DNA of 36,933 bases from Chiloscyllium plagiosum (Eukaryota). The notes below the pieces were generated by a model. The model saw nothing but the letters and a program-made list of their open reading frames with translations. It was not told the origin of the DNA and ran no database searches. Positions 22,741 through 34,561 of this stretch are shown here, in pieces; positions within the stretch are counted from its first letter, which is position 1, and every line of letters starts with the position of its first letter. The translations under genes were made by a program, and so were the position numbers. The stretch covers positions 18,580,926 to 18,617,858 of the forward strand of contig NC_057749.1 of the NCBI RefSeq assembly GCF_004010195.1, read 5' to 3'.

Positions 22741-23310
22741 GAATACTGGATGTATTTGAAGTCTGGAGGATGGTATGCAATGGATTCCCAAAGATCAGCA
22801 TGAGGAACATTATTCTTCCCGATAAACATTAATGACCCAGAATTGGGTGTACTAGATACAATTTGCAGACAACATAAAACTTGAAAGAGGAGAACAATTT
22901 AAGATGCTCAGTAAAAGAAGCAATGGCAACATGTGGGGAGGAAATAAAAAGTGTAATGCAGTGAACGGTGAGGATGTAGAATGCACTCTCTGAAAAGGAG
23001 GTTGGTGGGAGATTCAACCACAGCTTTCAAAAGTAAAATGGGATCATTACCTGAAGATAAAAAAGTTGCAGGGTTACAGGGTAGGGGGAGGGAAGTAGGA
23101 CTAGCTGAGTTATTCTTTCAGACAGCCAGTACAGTGAAGTCTGGCTGAATGACCTCATTCTACACCTATAACCATTTTATGATTCCATAAATCCCAAATT
23201 TAACACTGTGTTCTCTCTTCAAATAGATTCTTTATGACAGCTATTGAGAGCTACGTTTATATTTCCAGGAGAATCTGGAATGTCTTTAAAAATGAAGTTA
23301 AATGCTTTGT

Positions 23311-23656
23311 GGGCAGCACGGTGGCTCAGTGGTTAGCACTGCTGCCTCACAGTCCTAGGGACTCAGATCTGACTCCAGCCTTAGGTGACTGTTTGGATTT
23401 TGCAAATTCTCCCCACATCTGCGAAGATTTCCTCCAGTGCTCCTGTTTCCTCCCACAGTTCCAAACATATGCAATTTAGGTGAACAGTCGTGCTAAATTG
23501 CCCATAGATTCCAGGGATGTGTAGGTTAAGTGGATTAGCCATGGGATATACAGGGTTACAGGATACGTAAGGGGGATTGGGTCCGAGTGGGATGTTTCTC
23601 GGAGGGTCGGTGTGGACTCAATGGGTCAAGTGGCTGTTTCCACACTGTAGGGATTC
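23311..23656 (+). mobile_element. HE1-type V-SINE, near full length
   Basis: GGGCAGCACGGTGGCTCAGTGGTTAGCACTGCTGCCTCACAG head, V-domain, tail TTTCCACACTGTAGGGATTC. Confidence 0.85.
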
Positions 23657-24247
23657 ACTGACTAATAGGAGGTGGAGCAGAGCAGCCTAAATTAGATACT
23701 AAACCTCAAACTCCTAAGCAGTACAATAACTTTAGAGATTCACTTCATCGACAGTGATTCAGATCAAATTTTATTGATGTCAGAGCTTTATCTATCGCGC
23801 CATTTGTAAACTCAAACAATGAAACAATCAACTTCCATCCATTTCTAAACATAATATACTGAACATGACCAAACACTGACTCTTGACAATAATTGAGCTA
23901 ACAAGTTGAAGGACCAAAAATAAATCAGTCAGAATAGTAATTTATGCACAAGTCCACAGTGTCCTATGCTTGAGTCTCAATACTTCTTGTTACTAGTTTC
24001 CCCACTTTGCTACCACCTTTATTTATATTTTAAAAAACAATAGACTAGAGAGAAGAATGCAAAGGAGGTTAATAATAACCACAATTATTTGCAACTTACT
24101 GTGTTGAATGACTAAAAATTAGAAAGTTGAGCAATGTAATTCAAGCTGTGTTTATCCACTGCATCATTACACATTAGTACATAATTCCCATTTTGCAACA
24201 TCAGTGCAAATGTGTGACTGATGCCAATTACATGGAAAAGAGCACCG

Positions 24248-25295
24248 GGGAATCCCAGTGGATGTGGTCTACCTAGACTTCCAAAAGGCATTTGATAAGG
24301 TGCCACACGGGAGGCTGCTGAGCAAGGTGAGGGCCCATGGTGTTCGAGGTGAGCTACTAGTATGGATTGAGGATTGGCTGTCTGACAGAAGACAGAGTTG
24401 GGATAAAAGGTTCTTTTTCGGAATGGCAGCCAGTGACAAGCGGTGTCTCCCTGTAGCCCTTAATTCCTTGTGACATCAAGAATTTATCAATTTCTGCCTT
24501 GAAGACATTTAGTGTCCCAGCCTCCACTGCACTCTGTGGCAATGAATTCCACAGGCCCACCACTCTCCGGCTGAAGAAATGTCTCTGCATTTCTGTTCTG
24601 AATTTACCCTCTCTAATTCTAAGGCTGTGTCCACAGGTCCTAGTCTCTTCGCCTAACGGAAACAATTTCCTAGTGTCCACCCTCTCCAAGCCATGTATTG
24701 TCTTGTAAGTTTCTATTAGATCTCCCCTTAATCTTCTAAACTCCAATGAATATAATCCCAGGATCCTCAGCCGTTCCTCATATGTTAGACCTACTATTCC
24801 AGGGATCATCCGTGTGAATCTCCGCTGGACACGCTTCAATGCCAGTATGTCCTTCCTGAGGAATGGCTGAGGATCCTGGGATTGTATTCACTGGAGTTTC
24901 GAAGATTAAGGGGAGATCTAATAGAAACTTAGAAGATAATACATGGCTTGGAGAGGGTGGATGCTAGGAAATTGTTTCCGTTAGGCGAGGAGACTAGGAC
25001 CCGTGAACACAGCCTTAGAATTAGAGTGGGTAAATTCAGAACAGAAATGCGGAGACATTTCTTTAGCCAGAGAGTGGTGGGCCTGTGGAATTTATTGCCG
25101 CAGAGTGCAGTGGAGGCTGTGACGCTAAATGTCTTCAAGGCAGAAATTGATAAATTCTTGATGTCACAAGGAATTAAGGGCTACGGGGAGAATGCGGGTA
25201 AGTGGAGTTGAAATGCCCATCAGCCATGATTGAATGGTGGAGTGAACTCGATGGGCCGAATGGCCCTACTTCCGCTCCTATGTCTTATGATCTTA
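24248..25295 (+). mobile_element. CR1 LINE with an internal inverted duplication (+/-/+ structure)
   Basis: Sense DVVYLDFQKAFDKVPH..(24258-24447); antisense RT C-terminus (24446-24862); sense C-terminus and 3' UTR (24858-25295). Confidence 0.9.
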
Positions 25296-25466
25296 ATTAT
25301 TTACCTCAACTACTGAACTATCAAGTATGACTCTTTAAGCTAATTTAACCTTAATCTACATATTAATGAATGAGAGAAAAGTAAATAAAGCCGCATCCAC
25401 CTTTCAAAGCTACGTGCTGATCTGCTTATCCTCCAGGATCATTATTTAGCTGTTCGCCTAATTTTG

Positions 25467-25680
25467 CGAATTCAGATGGATAGAAAAGACCTCACAACAC
25501 GACAGCAGTATGGTCCGAGCCACCAGCTACCCTCTGACAAGTCCACCAAAAAGTTTCAACTAATTAACCAATCTTGCTGTGAAAATGGCTGCAGTGTTTG
25601 GCTGGGAAACAGCAATGACTACAATAGTGCTTTGGATCCTCCTGAGATTTTGAAAGGCATGAAATAATTGCAAGTTCCTC
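25467..25680 (+). mobile_element. Degraded DeuSINE-type fragment
   Basis: CAGATGGATAGAAAAGACCTCA and TCTTGCTGTGAAAATGGCTGC..TGAAAGGCATGAAATAATTGCAAGTTC resemble the 4953-5368 family. Confidence 0.5.
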
Positions 25681-26704
25681 CTTCACAAGGGAACAGTCAT
25701 GTAACAATGAGTAAAATTTGCACATAATTACTTGTAAATTTTTGATTTCTCATAAAACAAAATAACCATTTTAAATGGAAGGATTTCAAATTCCCACACA
25801 AGATTTAAGTCCAGGGATGTAAAGCTGATAATTCTGGGACAAACAGACATTTATAGCGTGCGTATGGAAAAAAAGAGTCACTTTGGCCTTCCTTGCTCCC
25901 GTTTAAAACCTTAAAAATTCTTCCATTGCTTTGAACTTGCCATTGAATTTCCTCTCCTGCAGATTCAAAAATCAATTTGCACTGACACAATATGTTTAAC
26001 ACAGCACTGGGGCACTTCACACAAGAGGAAAGAAATGGATCCTAGAACAGACAGTCAAAAAGTGAGCCAATCAAGTGATTCTGCAGATATAAAAGAGAAT
26101 GAGGTGACATTTGGGAGAGCATTCAACTGATATTACATCAATTTTAATTTAAAAGCCAAGATTGATAGATTTTACCTAACAAAGTAGAAATATAGACCAT
26201 GGCAGGTTTATGGAGTTAGCTCACAGATCAGATATGATCTTTAGGGGTCTGAATAGCTTGGAGAAAGCTGCCTAAATGTATGGCTCAGAAGGTTACGGGA
26301 CTGAAGATGGTTACACAGATAGAAAGCATGATTTGTCGATAAGGGCAAATTAAGTTGCGTGCTCACAATGGGAACAGGAAACCAGTGGAGGTCAGAGGAA
26401 GGGTTTATAGACAAGTGCAGTTAGTGCATTCAGTTCCTTTTTCTTCCTCCTCTCACTTCCCTTCATTGTCTTTTTATGTTTTTCATTCAAATTTATTACA
26501 ATTCTTTCAGCCTTCCTCCTCAAACATATCTTAAAACGTTTTACATTTTCAAGTTGTCTTTTTTTCCATCCGCAAACACACTCTTAGCCCTGCTCAACAG
26601 CACTAGGGATTGGGCCAAAAGCACCAATATCATCAAAAACACCCATGAGCTAAACATGATTTTTTTTTTGCAACAATTGCAGTGACAGAGACTATACAAA
26701 AAGG

Positions 26705-26828
26705 CTGATGAAGGAGCGTCCCTCCGAAAGCTAGTGTGCTTCCAATTAAACCTGTTGGGCCATAACCTGGTGTTGTGTGATTTTTAACTTTGTACACCCC
26801 AGTCCAACACCGGCATCTCCAAATCATG
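26705..26828 (+). mobile_element. Solo PLE pLTR (third family) beginning at its HHR core
   Basis: CTGATGA-A-GGAG-cgtcc-CTCC-GAAAG-CTA. Downstream sequence is near-identical to the arms at 30510-30647. Confidence 0.75.
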
Positions 26829-26829
26829 A

Positions 26830-29445
26830 CTGAAGAGGGAAATCAGGAAGGCAAAAAGGGGAGATGAGATAGCTCTGGCAAATAGGGTTAAGGAGAATCC
26901 AAAGGATTTTTACAAATACATTAAGGTCAAAAGGGTAACTTGGGAGCAAATAGAGCCCCTCAAAGATCAGCAAGGCAACCTTCGTGTAGAGCCGCAAGAG
27001 ATGGGGGAGATACTAAACGAGTATTTTGCATCAGTGTTTACTGAGAAGGATATGGAAGATATAGCATATGGGGAAATATGGTGACATCTTGAAAAATGGC
27101 CATATTACAGAGGAGGAAGTGCTGATGTCTTAAAATACATAAAGATGGATAAATCCTCAGGACCTGATCAGGTGTACCCTAGAATTCTGTGGGAAGCTCG
27201 GGAAGTGATTGCTAGGCCCCTTGCGGAGATATTTGTATCATCGATAGTCACAGTGAGGTGCCAGAAGACTGGAGGTTGGCTAACGTGGTGCCACGTGGTA
27301 AGGAAAAGCCAGAGAACTATAGACCAGGGAGCCTGACGTCAGTGGTGGGCAAGTTGTTGGAGGGAATCCTGAGGGACAGGATGTCCATGTATTTGGAAAG
27401 GCAAGGACTGATTAGGGATAGTCAACATGGCTTTATGCATGGAAAATGCATGGTGCATGGTGACGAGCGGTGTCCCGCAGGGTTCGGTGCTGGGGCCACA
27501 GCTGTTCGCATTATATATTAATGATTTGGATGAGGGAACCGGGGGCATTCTAGCGAAGTTAGGTGGACAGGCAGGTAGTACTGAGGAAGTGGGGAGGCTA
27601 CAGAAGGATCTTGACAGGTTGGGAGAGTGGTCCAGGAAATGGCTGATGGAATTTAACGTGAGCAAGTGCGAGGTCTTGCACTTTGGCAAAAAGAATAAAA
27701 GCATAGACTACTTTCTAAATGGTGAGAAAATTAATAAAGCCAAAGCACAAAGGGATCTGGGAGTGCGAGTCAACGTGTCCAGCGGCGATTCACACGGATG
27801 ATCCCTGGAATGACAGGTCTAACATATGAGGAATGGCTGAGGATACTGGGATTGTATTCTTTGGAGTTTAGAAGATTAAGGGGAGACTTAATAGAGACGT
27901 ACAAAATAATACATGGTTTGGAAAAGGTGGATGCTAGGAAATTGTTTCCGTTAGACGAGGAGACTAGGACCCGTGGACACAGCCTTAGAATTAGAGGGGG
28001 TCATTTCAGAACAGAAATGCGGAGACATTTCTTCAGCCAGAGAGTGGTGGGCCTGTGGAATTCATTGCCACGGAGTGCAGTGGAAGCCGGGACGCTAAAT
28101 GTCTTCAAGGCCGAGATTGATAGATTCTTGTTGTCTAGAGGAATTAAGGGCTACGGGGAGAACGCTGGTAAGTGGAGCTGAAATGCGCATCAGCCATGAT
28201 TGAATGGCGGAGTGGACTCGATGGGCCGAATGGCCTCACTTCCACTCCTATGTCTTATGGTCTAAAATCATGCCTCACAAACTCATTCAGGTTTTCCGAA
28301 GAAGTAACAAAAAGGATTGATGAGGGCAGAGTGGTGGACGTGATCTATATGGACTTCAGTAAGGTGCTTGACAAGGTTCCCCCTCAGAGACTAGTTAGCA
28401 AGGTTAGATCACAGAATACAGGGAGAACCAGCCATTTACATACAGAACTGACTCAAAGATAGAAGACAGAGGGTGGTGGCGGAGAGTTGCTTCTCAGACT
28501 GGAGGCTTGTGACCAGTGGAGTGCCACAAGGATTGGTGCTGGGTCCACTACTTTTCGTCATTTATATAAATGATTTGGGTATAGTTAGTAAGTTTGCAGA
28601 TGACACAAAAATTGGAGGTGCAATAGACAGCAAAGAAGGTTACCTCAGACTACAACTAGGTCTTGATCAGATGGGCTAATGGGCTGAGAAGTGGCAGGTG
28701 GAGTTGAATTTTGATAAAAGTGAGGTGCTGCATTTTGGGAAGGCAAATCTTAGCAGGACTTATACACTTAATGGTAAGGTCCTAGGGAGTGTTGCTGAAC
28801 AAAGAGATCTTGCAGATTCATAGCTCCTTGAAAGTAGAATCGCAGGTAAATAGGGTAGTGAAGAAGGCGTTTATTGGTCAGAGCATTGAGAACAGGAGTT
28901 GGGAGGTCATGTTGCAGCTGTACAGGACACTGGTTAGGCCACTGTTAGAATATTGCGTGCCATTTTGGTCTCCTTCCAATTGGAAGGATGTTGTAAAACC
29001 TGAAAGGATTCAGAAAAGATTTACAAGGATGTGGCCAGGGTTGGAGGATTTGAGCTACAGGGAGAGGACGAATATGCTGGGGCTGTTTTCCCTGGAGCGT
29101 CGGAGGCTGAGGGGTGACCTCATAGAGGTTTATAAAATCATGAGGGGCATGAATAGGATAAATAGGGGTGGAGGAGTCCAGAAGTAGAGAAGTAGAAGTA
29201 GAGTAAAAGAGACCTAAGGGGCAACTGTTTCACGCAGAGGGCGGTGTGTATGGAATGAGCTGCAAGAGCAAGTGATGGAGGGTGGTCCAATTACAACATT
29301 TAAAAGGCATCTGAATGGGTATATAAATAGGAAGGGTTTAGAGGGATATGGGCCAAGTGTTGGCAAATGGGAGTAGATGATCTGGTTGGCATGGATGAGT
29401 TGGACAGAAGGGTCTGTTTCCGTGTTGTACATCTCTATGACTCTA
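26830..29445 (+). mobile_element. 5'-truncated CR1 LINE (RT pseudogene) hosting a nested CR1
   Basis: DKSSGPDQVYPRIL, ENYRPGSLTS, QHGF | SCLTN, YMDFSK, SGVPQGLVLGPLL, KFADDTK, RRRLRGDLIEVYKI; tail CTCTATGACTCTA. Confidence 0.95.
27458..28263 (+). mobile_element. Nested younger CR1 (same family as 24248-25295) with internal deletions
   Basis: VTSGVPQGSVLGPQLF..WLMEFNVSKCEVLHFG..EFRRLRGDLIETYKI; tail TCTTATGGTCT. It interrupts the host between QHGFMHGK and SCLTN. Confidence 0.9.
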
Positions 29446-29929
29446 AATGTGACTCAGAGATACAAAATAACATTGAAAGATGAACATTTTGACATAGTCG
29501 AATTAGACTCAAATAGCCCGAGTTCAGCAAGTGCTGACTAACTCTCTTTTTGAACTTCATATAAGAGAACTCCTGGGGACAGGACAATATGAATGAAGGC
29601 TTCAGTCTGAGAGTATAGGGCTTTATTGTACATCGCATACATTGATAATAATGGTTTTCAGCTAACTGCAGATCATTAAATATGCATCTTATTTTTATGA
29701 TAGTGACAAACACCAGCTTAGGTATCAAATACTTTCAGCTTAACTACAGCAAATGCACCAATATATATTTATTAAATAAAATCTGTTAACTAATAATCAT
29801 TGCTACTGAACAATGCCCTGTTTTGTTTGTATTTTTATGGTCTTCAGATATTTTAATTTGTCGGTGCAGCGGTTTATGCCCAGTGATTTTCAGTGAGGAT
29901 GGTAAGGAACATTTGTGATAATACTCACC

Positions 29930-30200
29930 TTCAAGCTGAACAACTTTCCCTTGACATTCAATGACATGACCATCATCAAATCATCCACCATTCAAAATCT
30001 TAAGGGTTACATCACCAATCATCAGAAACTTTACTGGAACAGCCACATAAATGTTGTAGTTATTAGAGCACATCAGAGGCTGGGTTTTAGATGGCAATGG
30101 TTCACTCCTGATTTCTCAAAACTTTCTATCACCTACAAGGAAGATGCCAGTCAGAAATGTAATGAAATACTTTCTATTTGCTTGGATAGGTATAGTTTAT
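29930..30200 (+). mobile_element. Degraded RT C-terminal fragment of the second LINE family
   Basis: PLTFNDMTI..QKLYWNSHINVVVIRAHQRLG. Confidence 0.6.
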
Positions 30201-30509
30201 GGGAGCAACTAAAGATTTTGATTAAGTCCCAATTTTAACAGTCAGAGAGACAGATGCTCACTTGCAAATCTTTACCCTGCACATTCCCATTCTACCCAAA
30301 TAAGAGAAACAAAGTGCATGTTTTAACATTTTTTTCTTAACTAAGAGACCGGAGACTTTCATACTTTTCCAGCGTTGCGACTTAGAAACAATAACCATGA
30401 GAACTTTTTTTTTACAAAAACAACACAGAAGTGATGAGTATTTTAGAGGGAGATCAGACATCAGAGATCCTTCTAAAATTCAACCTTTTTAAAACAAACT
30501 GTTCATTTA

Positions 30510-30649
30510 GGATTTGGAGGAGCTGGTGTTGGACTGGGGTGTACAAAGTTAAAAATCACACAACACCAGGTTATAGTCCAACAGATTTCAGAGTGTGCTT
30601 CTAATTAAACCTGTTGGACTATAACCTGGTGTTGTGTGATTTTTAACAT
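30510..30649. mobile_element. Palindromic pLTR-only PLE insertion with 10-bp TSD
   Basis: Perfect 37-bp inverted arms at 30548-30584 and 30611-30647. TGTTCATTTA at 30500-30509 and 30650-30659. Confidence 0.85.
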
Positions 30650-30669
30650 TGTTCATTTATGCAATGGGA

Positions 30670-30925
30670 GTGTTGCTAGCATTTGTTACCCACCCCCAAG
30701 AACCAGTGCAGTCCAGGTGGTGTAAAAACACCCACAGCACTGTAAGGCAGGGAGTTCCAGGATTTTGACAGACCAGGACTGAAGGGAGCAGCAATACAGT
30801 TTCAAGGAAATGTAATGTGCCAGTTGAAAGGGCGTTACAATGGGGGTGTTGCCATGTGCCTACCACGGTTGTCCTTCTTTGTAGATGCTGGAAATCACAG
30901 GTTTGGAACAAGTGTTGATTGAGTC
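30670..30925 (-). mobile_element. 3' fragment of the second LINE family
   Basis: GGGAGTTCCAGGATTTTGAC..ACTGAAGGGAGC; reverse-complement similarity to 31930-32205. Confidence 0.6.
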
Positions 30926-30928
30926 TCA

Positions 30929-31165
30929 TTGATTAGATTAGATTACATTACAGTGTGGAAACAGGCCCTTCGGCCCAACAAGTCCACACCGCCCCGCCGA
31001 AGCGCAACCCACCCATACCCCTACATTTACCCCTTACCTAACACTACGGGCAATTTAGCATGGCCAATTCACCTGACCTGCACATCTTTGGACTGTGGGA
31101 GGAAACCGGCCGGGTCTCTGGCGCTGTGAGGCAGCAGTGCTAACCACTGTGCCACCGTGCCGCCC
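30929..31165 (-). mobile_element. Young HE1-type V-SINE with an internal deletion
   Basis: CpG-rich intact head (rc GGGCGGCACGGTGGCACAGTGGTTAGCACTGC) and (GATTA)n tail. B box and most of the V-domain are missing at ~31110. Confidence 0.85.
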
Positions 31166-31929
31166 ACAAGTGAGTTGCTGCAGCAGTGCATTCTGTATGT
31201 GGATGAGATGTTATAAGGCACTATTTGCCTCAATAGGTGAGTTGAAAAGCTAAACAGCTAAGTTACCCCAGTTCCATGCTCAAAATGCATCCCCGAAATC
31301 AACATCATAAATGCAGATGACTGTTTTATGGAGTAGGGGTGGGGATGAGAGCAGCTTGCCATGTGCATTTTTGCTGTCACATTTCCTGAACAATAACAGT
31401 GACCAATGTTTCCTCTAAGCAGAGCACACGATCAGCACGAGCATACTGGTTGAGGTATTGACTTCCAATTCTAGAAGTTGCTGCTATGCATGGGCTTTGG
31501 AAGCCCACACAGCCTGTAAGAAAATTACAGGGAACGCTGGCAGGAATTACACTGCAATAGGAGTTCATTGGCTGCAAAGCACTTTGAAACATCATGAAAA
31601 CCATGATGTTATTGGAAGACTTACTTCCTTCCACTTTATTTTATTTGCCAGTCATCACAAAGCCATAATGTTGTCAAGGTATGAACAAATTTAGTATCTA
31701 CAGAGTTGCAAATGTTGCTGAAGAGTGTACGATCAGCAAACATCCTTTTCACAGGGGGAGGGGTGTGCCATTGATGGAACAAACAAAGATGGTTCTTCTT
31801 CAGAAACCATCATGAGAAATTCCAAAGGCCGCAACAGTGCCTTAATTTAACATTTCGTCCAAATACAGAATGCACCGTTGCAGCAACACACAGAGTCAAT
31901 CAACAGCATGTTCCAGACTGAGACCTTCA

Positions 31930-32205
31930 GCACCTACAAAAAAGGACAATGGTGGTAGGCATATAGCAACACCCCAATGTGTAAGATCCCTTTCAACATG
32001 CACATTGCATTGCTTTGAAACTATATTGCAGCTTCCTTCAGTGTTGGTGGTTCAAAATCGTGCAGCTCCATCCCTTACAGTACTGTGGGTGTTCTTACAC
32101 CACATGGACTGCAGCGGCTCAAGGATGTAGCTTACTATCACCTTCTCAAGGGCAATTGGGGATGGTTAACAAATGTTCGCAACATTCAAATCGCGTAAAT
32201 AAATA
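31930..32205 (+). mobile_element. 3' end of the second LINE family
   Basis: CACACCACATGGACTGCAGCGGCTCAAG..CACCTTCTCAAGGGCAATTGGGGATGG; translation matches the antisense of 30670-30925. Confidence 0.6.
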
Positions 32206-32379
32206 ATTGTTTTAACATGGTTGTACTTTAAAAAGATCTCTGATGTTAGAACTCCCTCTAAAATACGATCTTTCTTTGTACAAGTTAGGACTCTCGCCAC
32301 TGAAAACCTCTGTCTGATTTCCATTAAGTTCAATATTACTAGGCTCCTTGATGCCACACTTAATTAAATACTGCTTATG

Positions 32380-33300
32380 TTGCTCTCATCTCACCTCTGG
32401 AACTCAACCTTTTTTGTCTATGCTTGGACAAAGCTACAATGAGGTCTGGAGACGAAATACCCTAGTGAAACCGAAAGTGGTTGCAGTTGTTTGCAGGTGC
32501 TGCTTGACAGCAGAGTTTATGACACTTTTCATCATTATGCTGAAGAGTCAGGTTAGACAGGTGGTAAAGTAACTTGCTGGATTGGATTTGTCCTGCTTTC
32601 TAGGATGAAAAATATCTGAGTAATTTTCCACATTGTTGAGTGGCTGTCAATGCTACAGTTGTTATGGAACAGTTTGGCTACAGGCATAGTTAGTTCTGGA
32701 GTACAAGTCTTTAGCACTACAGTTAGGATGATACCCAGTCCATAGCCTCTGCTGTATTCAATGAGTTCTTGATGGCAGCTCTGATGACAGGGACTTCAGA
32801 AGAAGGCACAGATGGATTATCATTCAGATTCTGGTTGAAAATGGCTGCAATCCTCCTCCTTCGCATTCATACGCTTGGTTCCACTAACCTTGTGAATTGG
32901 GGATGTCCATGGAGCCCCCACTTCTTTTCAGTTGTCCACAACCATTCCCCATTGAATTAAAGAATTATGCCAAGTGTCACGATAAGTTATATTCCAGAAT
33001 AAAAATTGACATTCTTGATGAACGCTTGCTTAAAGACGTATTGGCTGCACCATTGAGGAACTGGCTTGAAGGCATTATCCAACTGACAGCAGAATTAATG
33101 CATCACTAAAACAAGTCAAATCAACTCAGGTGAACGATCTATCTCTGCCTCTTCACCAGGTTCCCAGCATCACAGATGCAAGTCTTCTACCAACTTGATT
33201 AACCTTGACTAATGACTCTTTGGATTGATGGTCATTTAGCTGCAAAAGCTATTAGAAGACAGCAGCCCTCAAGCCAGTTTCCCATTGAGGTCATAATTTT
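32380..33300 (-). mobile_element. Highly degraded LINE RT-region remnant
   Basis: Weak resemblance to antisense KAMGPDxI..APELAMPVAKLF motifs (~32650-32750). Confidence 0.35.
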
Positions 33301-33882
33301 CACCTAAACTAACATTTCAATTCATTAATCAACAAGAGGAGATGAGTCAATACTTGGACACAATTCATCACACACACAAATCAGTGACATGCTTCTTGTC
33401 ACCACAATGCAAACTACAGATTTCTTCCACAATAACCACACAGAGACTGGAGTTTCCCTTCTGTCAAAGATATCCTCAATTCCTTAACACAGCCTGACAG
33501 AATTTCACTGTGAGCAAACTAAAGACGTGGAGGGTGGGAGATTGTTAAGAATTCAAGATGCAAAATTTCAAATCAGAAATATGAATAAGTGTGTAATTTT
33601 AAGAAGCAAATGAAGTGTTGTATTTTCAATAAGTCAGATTGTGCTGACCTAAACTTGTCAGATAGAATTTCCAAACTCTCGGCTGTATCAAATCTGAGTT
33701 GGAACAAGCTCTAATTAATTTGGAAGTTCCCTCTATGCCAGACAGGCAGGGTTGCTTTGTTTTGACATTTAACTCAAATCATTCATGGACTCAACCGACA
33801 GAACTGAGCACTGGACAAATCCCATGGTACCATTCAGCTTGAAATGAGGTGTTTAGGTTCTCACTGAAATAGAAAGTTGCAA

Positions 33883-34561
33883 AGTTTGGGAGAAGATTTG
33901 TAGCTCGGGTGCTCGACAACGGAATGAGGACATGCCACAACCCAAAGGACCATCCACACTACCATACATCAAAAACATTTCTGAACTGACAGCCAGACTA
34001 CTGCGACCACGAGGACTCATAACAGCACACAAACCAACAGCCACTCTCAGACAACAACTCACCAGGACGAAGGACCCGATACCCAGCATGAGCAAAACCA
34101 ATGTAGTGTACAAAATCCCATGCAAGGACTACACAAAACACTACATAGGACAAACAGGAAAACAGCTAACGATCCACATCCATGAACACCAACTCGCCAC
34201 GAAACGACATGACCAGCTATCCTTAGTAACCACACACTCAGATGACAAGCAACATGAGGTCGACTGGGACAACACTACTATTATAGGACAAGCCAAACAG
34301 AGAACAGCCAGGGAATTCCTACAGGGATGGCGCTCATCCAGATTCAATCAATAAGCACATCGACCTGGACCCAAGATACCGGCCACTGCAGCAGACAGCT
34401 GGAACTGACAACTGGAAGCGGCAGATTCAAACCACTACAAATGCCGGAGGAAAGATCACAGAAGCGCTTCACAGGAGGCTCCCAAGCACTGAGGATGTCA
34501 CCTAGACAGGGGACGAAACGTCTGCAACACAAATTCACAGCTCGGCGAAGAGAACCACAAC
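33883..34561 (+). mobile_element. Penelope-like element (Poseidon/Penelope-type GIY-YIG endonuclease), 5' truncated, 12-bp TSD
   Basis: TLPYIKNISE..NVVYKIPCKDYTKHYIGQTGKQL..IHEH..DWDNTTII. AGAAAGTTGCAA at 33871-33882 and 34562-34573. Confidence 0.92.
34486..34525 (+). ncRNA. Apparently intact minimal type I hammerhead ribozyme
   Basis: GCA-CTGAGGA-T-GTCACCT-agac-AGGGGAC-GAAAC-GTC-TGC: stem I GCA/TGC, stem II 6 of 7 paired, palindromic ACGT stem III, GUC cleavage triplet. Confidence 0.8.

Larger units (their letters stand above)
21090..23190 (+). mobile_element. Old, fragmented CR1 LINE carrying PLE insertions
   Basis: Remnants resembling DKSPxxD (21482), EFFEVVTER..DF (21876-21945), and a 3' UTR GGCTGAATGACCTC..TATGATTC (~23143-23186). 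Confidence 0.6.

Noticed and set aside
29179..29204. AGAAGTAG micro-repeats within CR1
   Set aside because: Local slippage at a deletion site; no independent significance.
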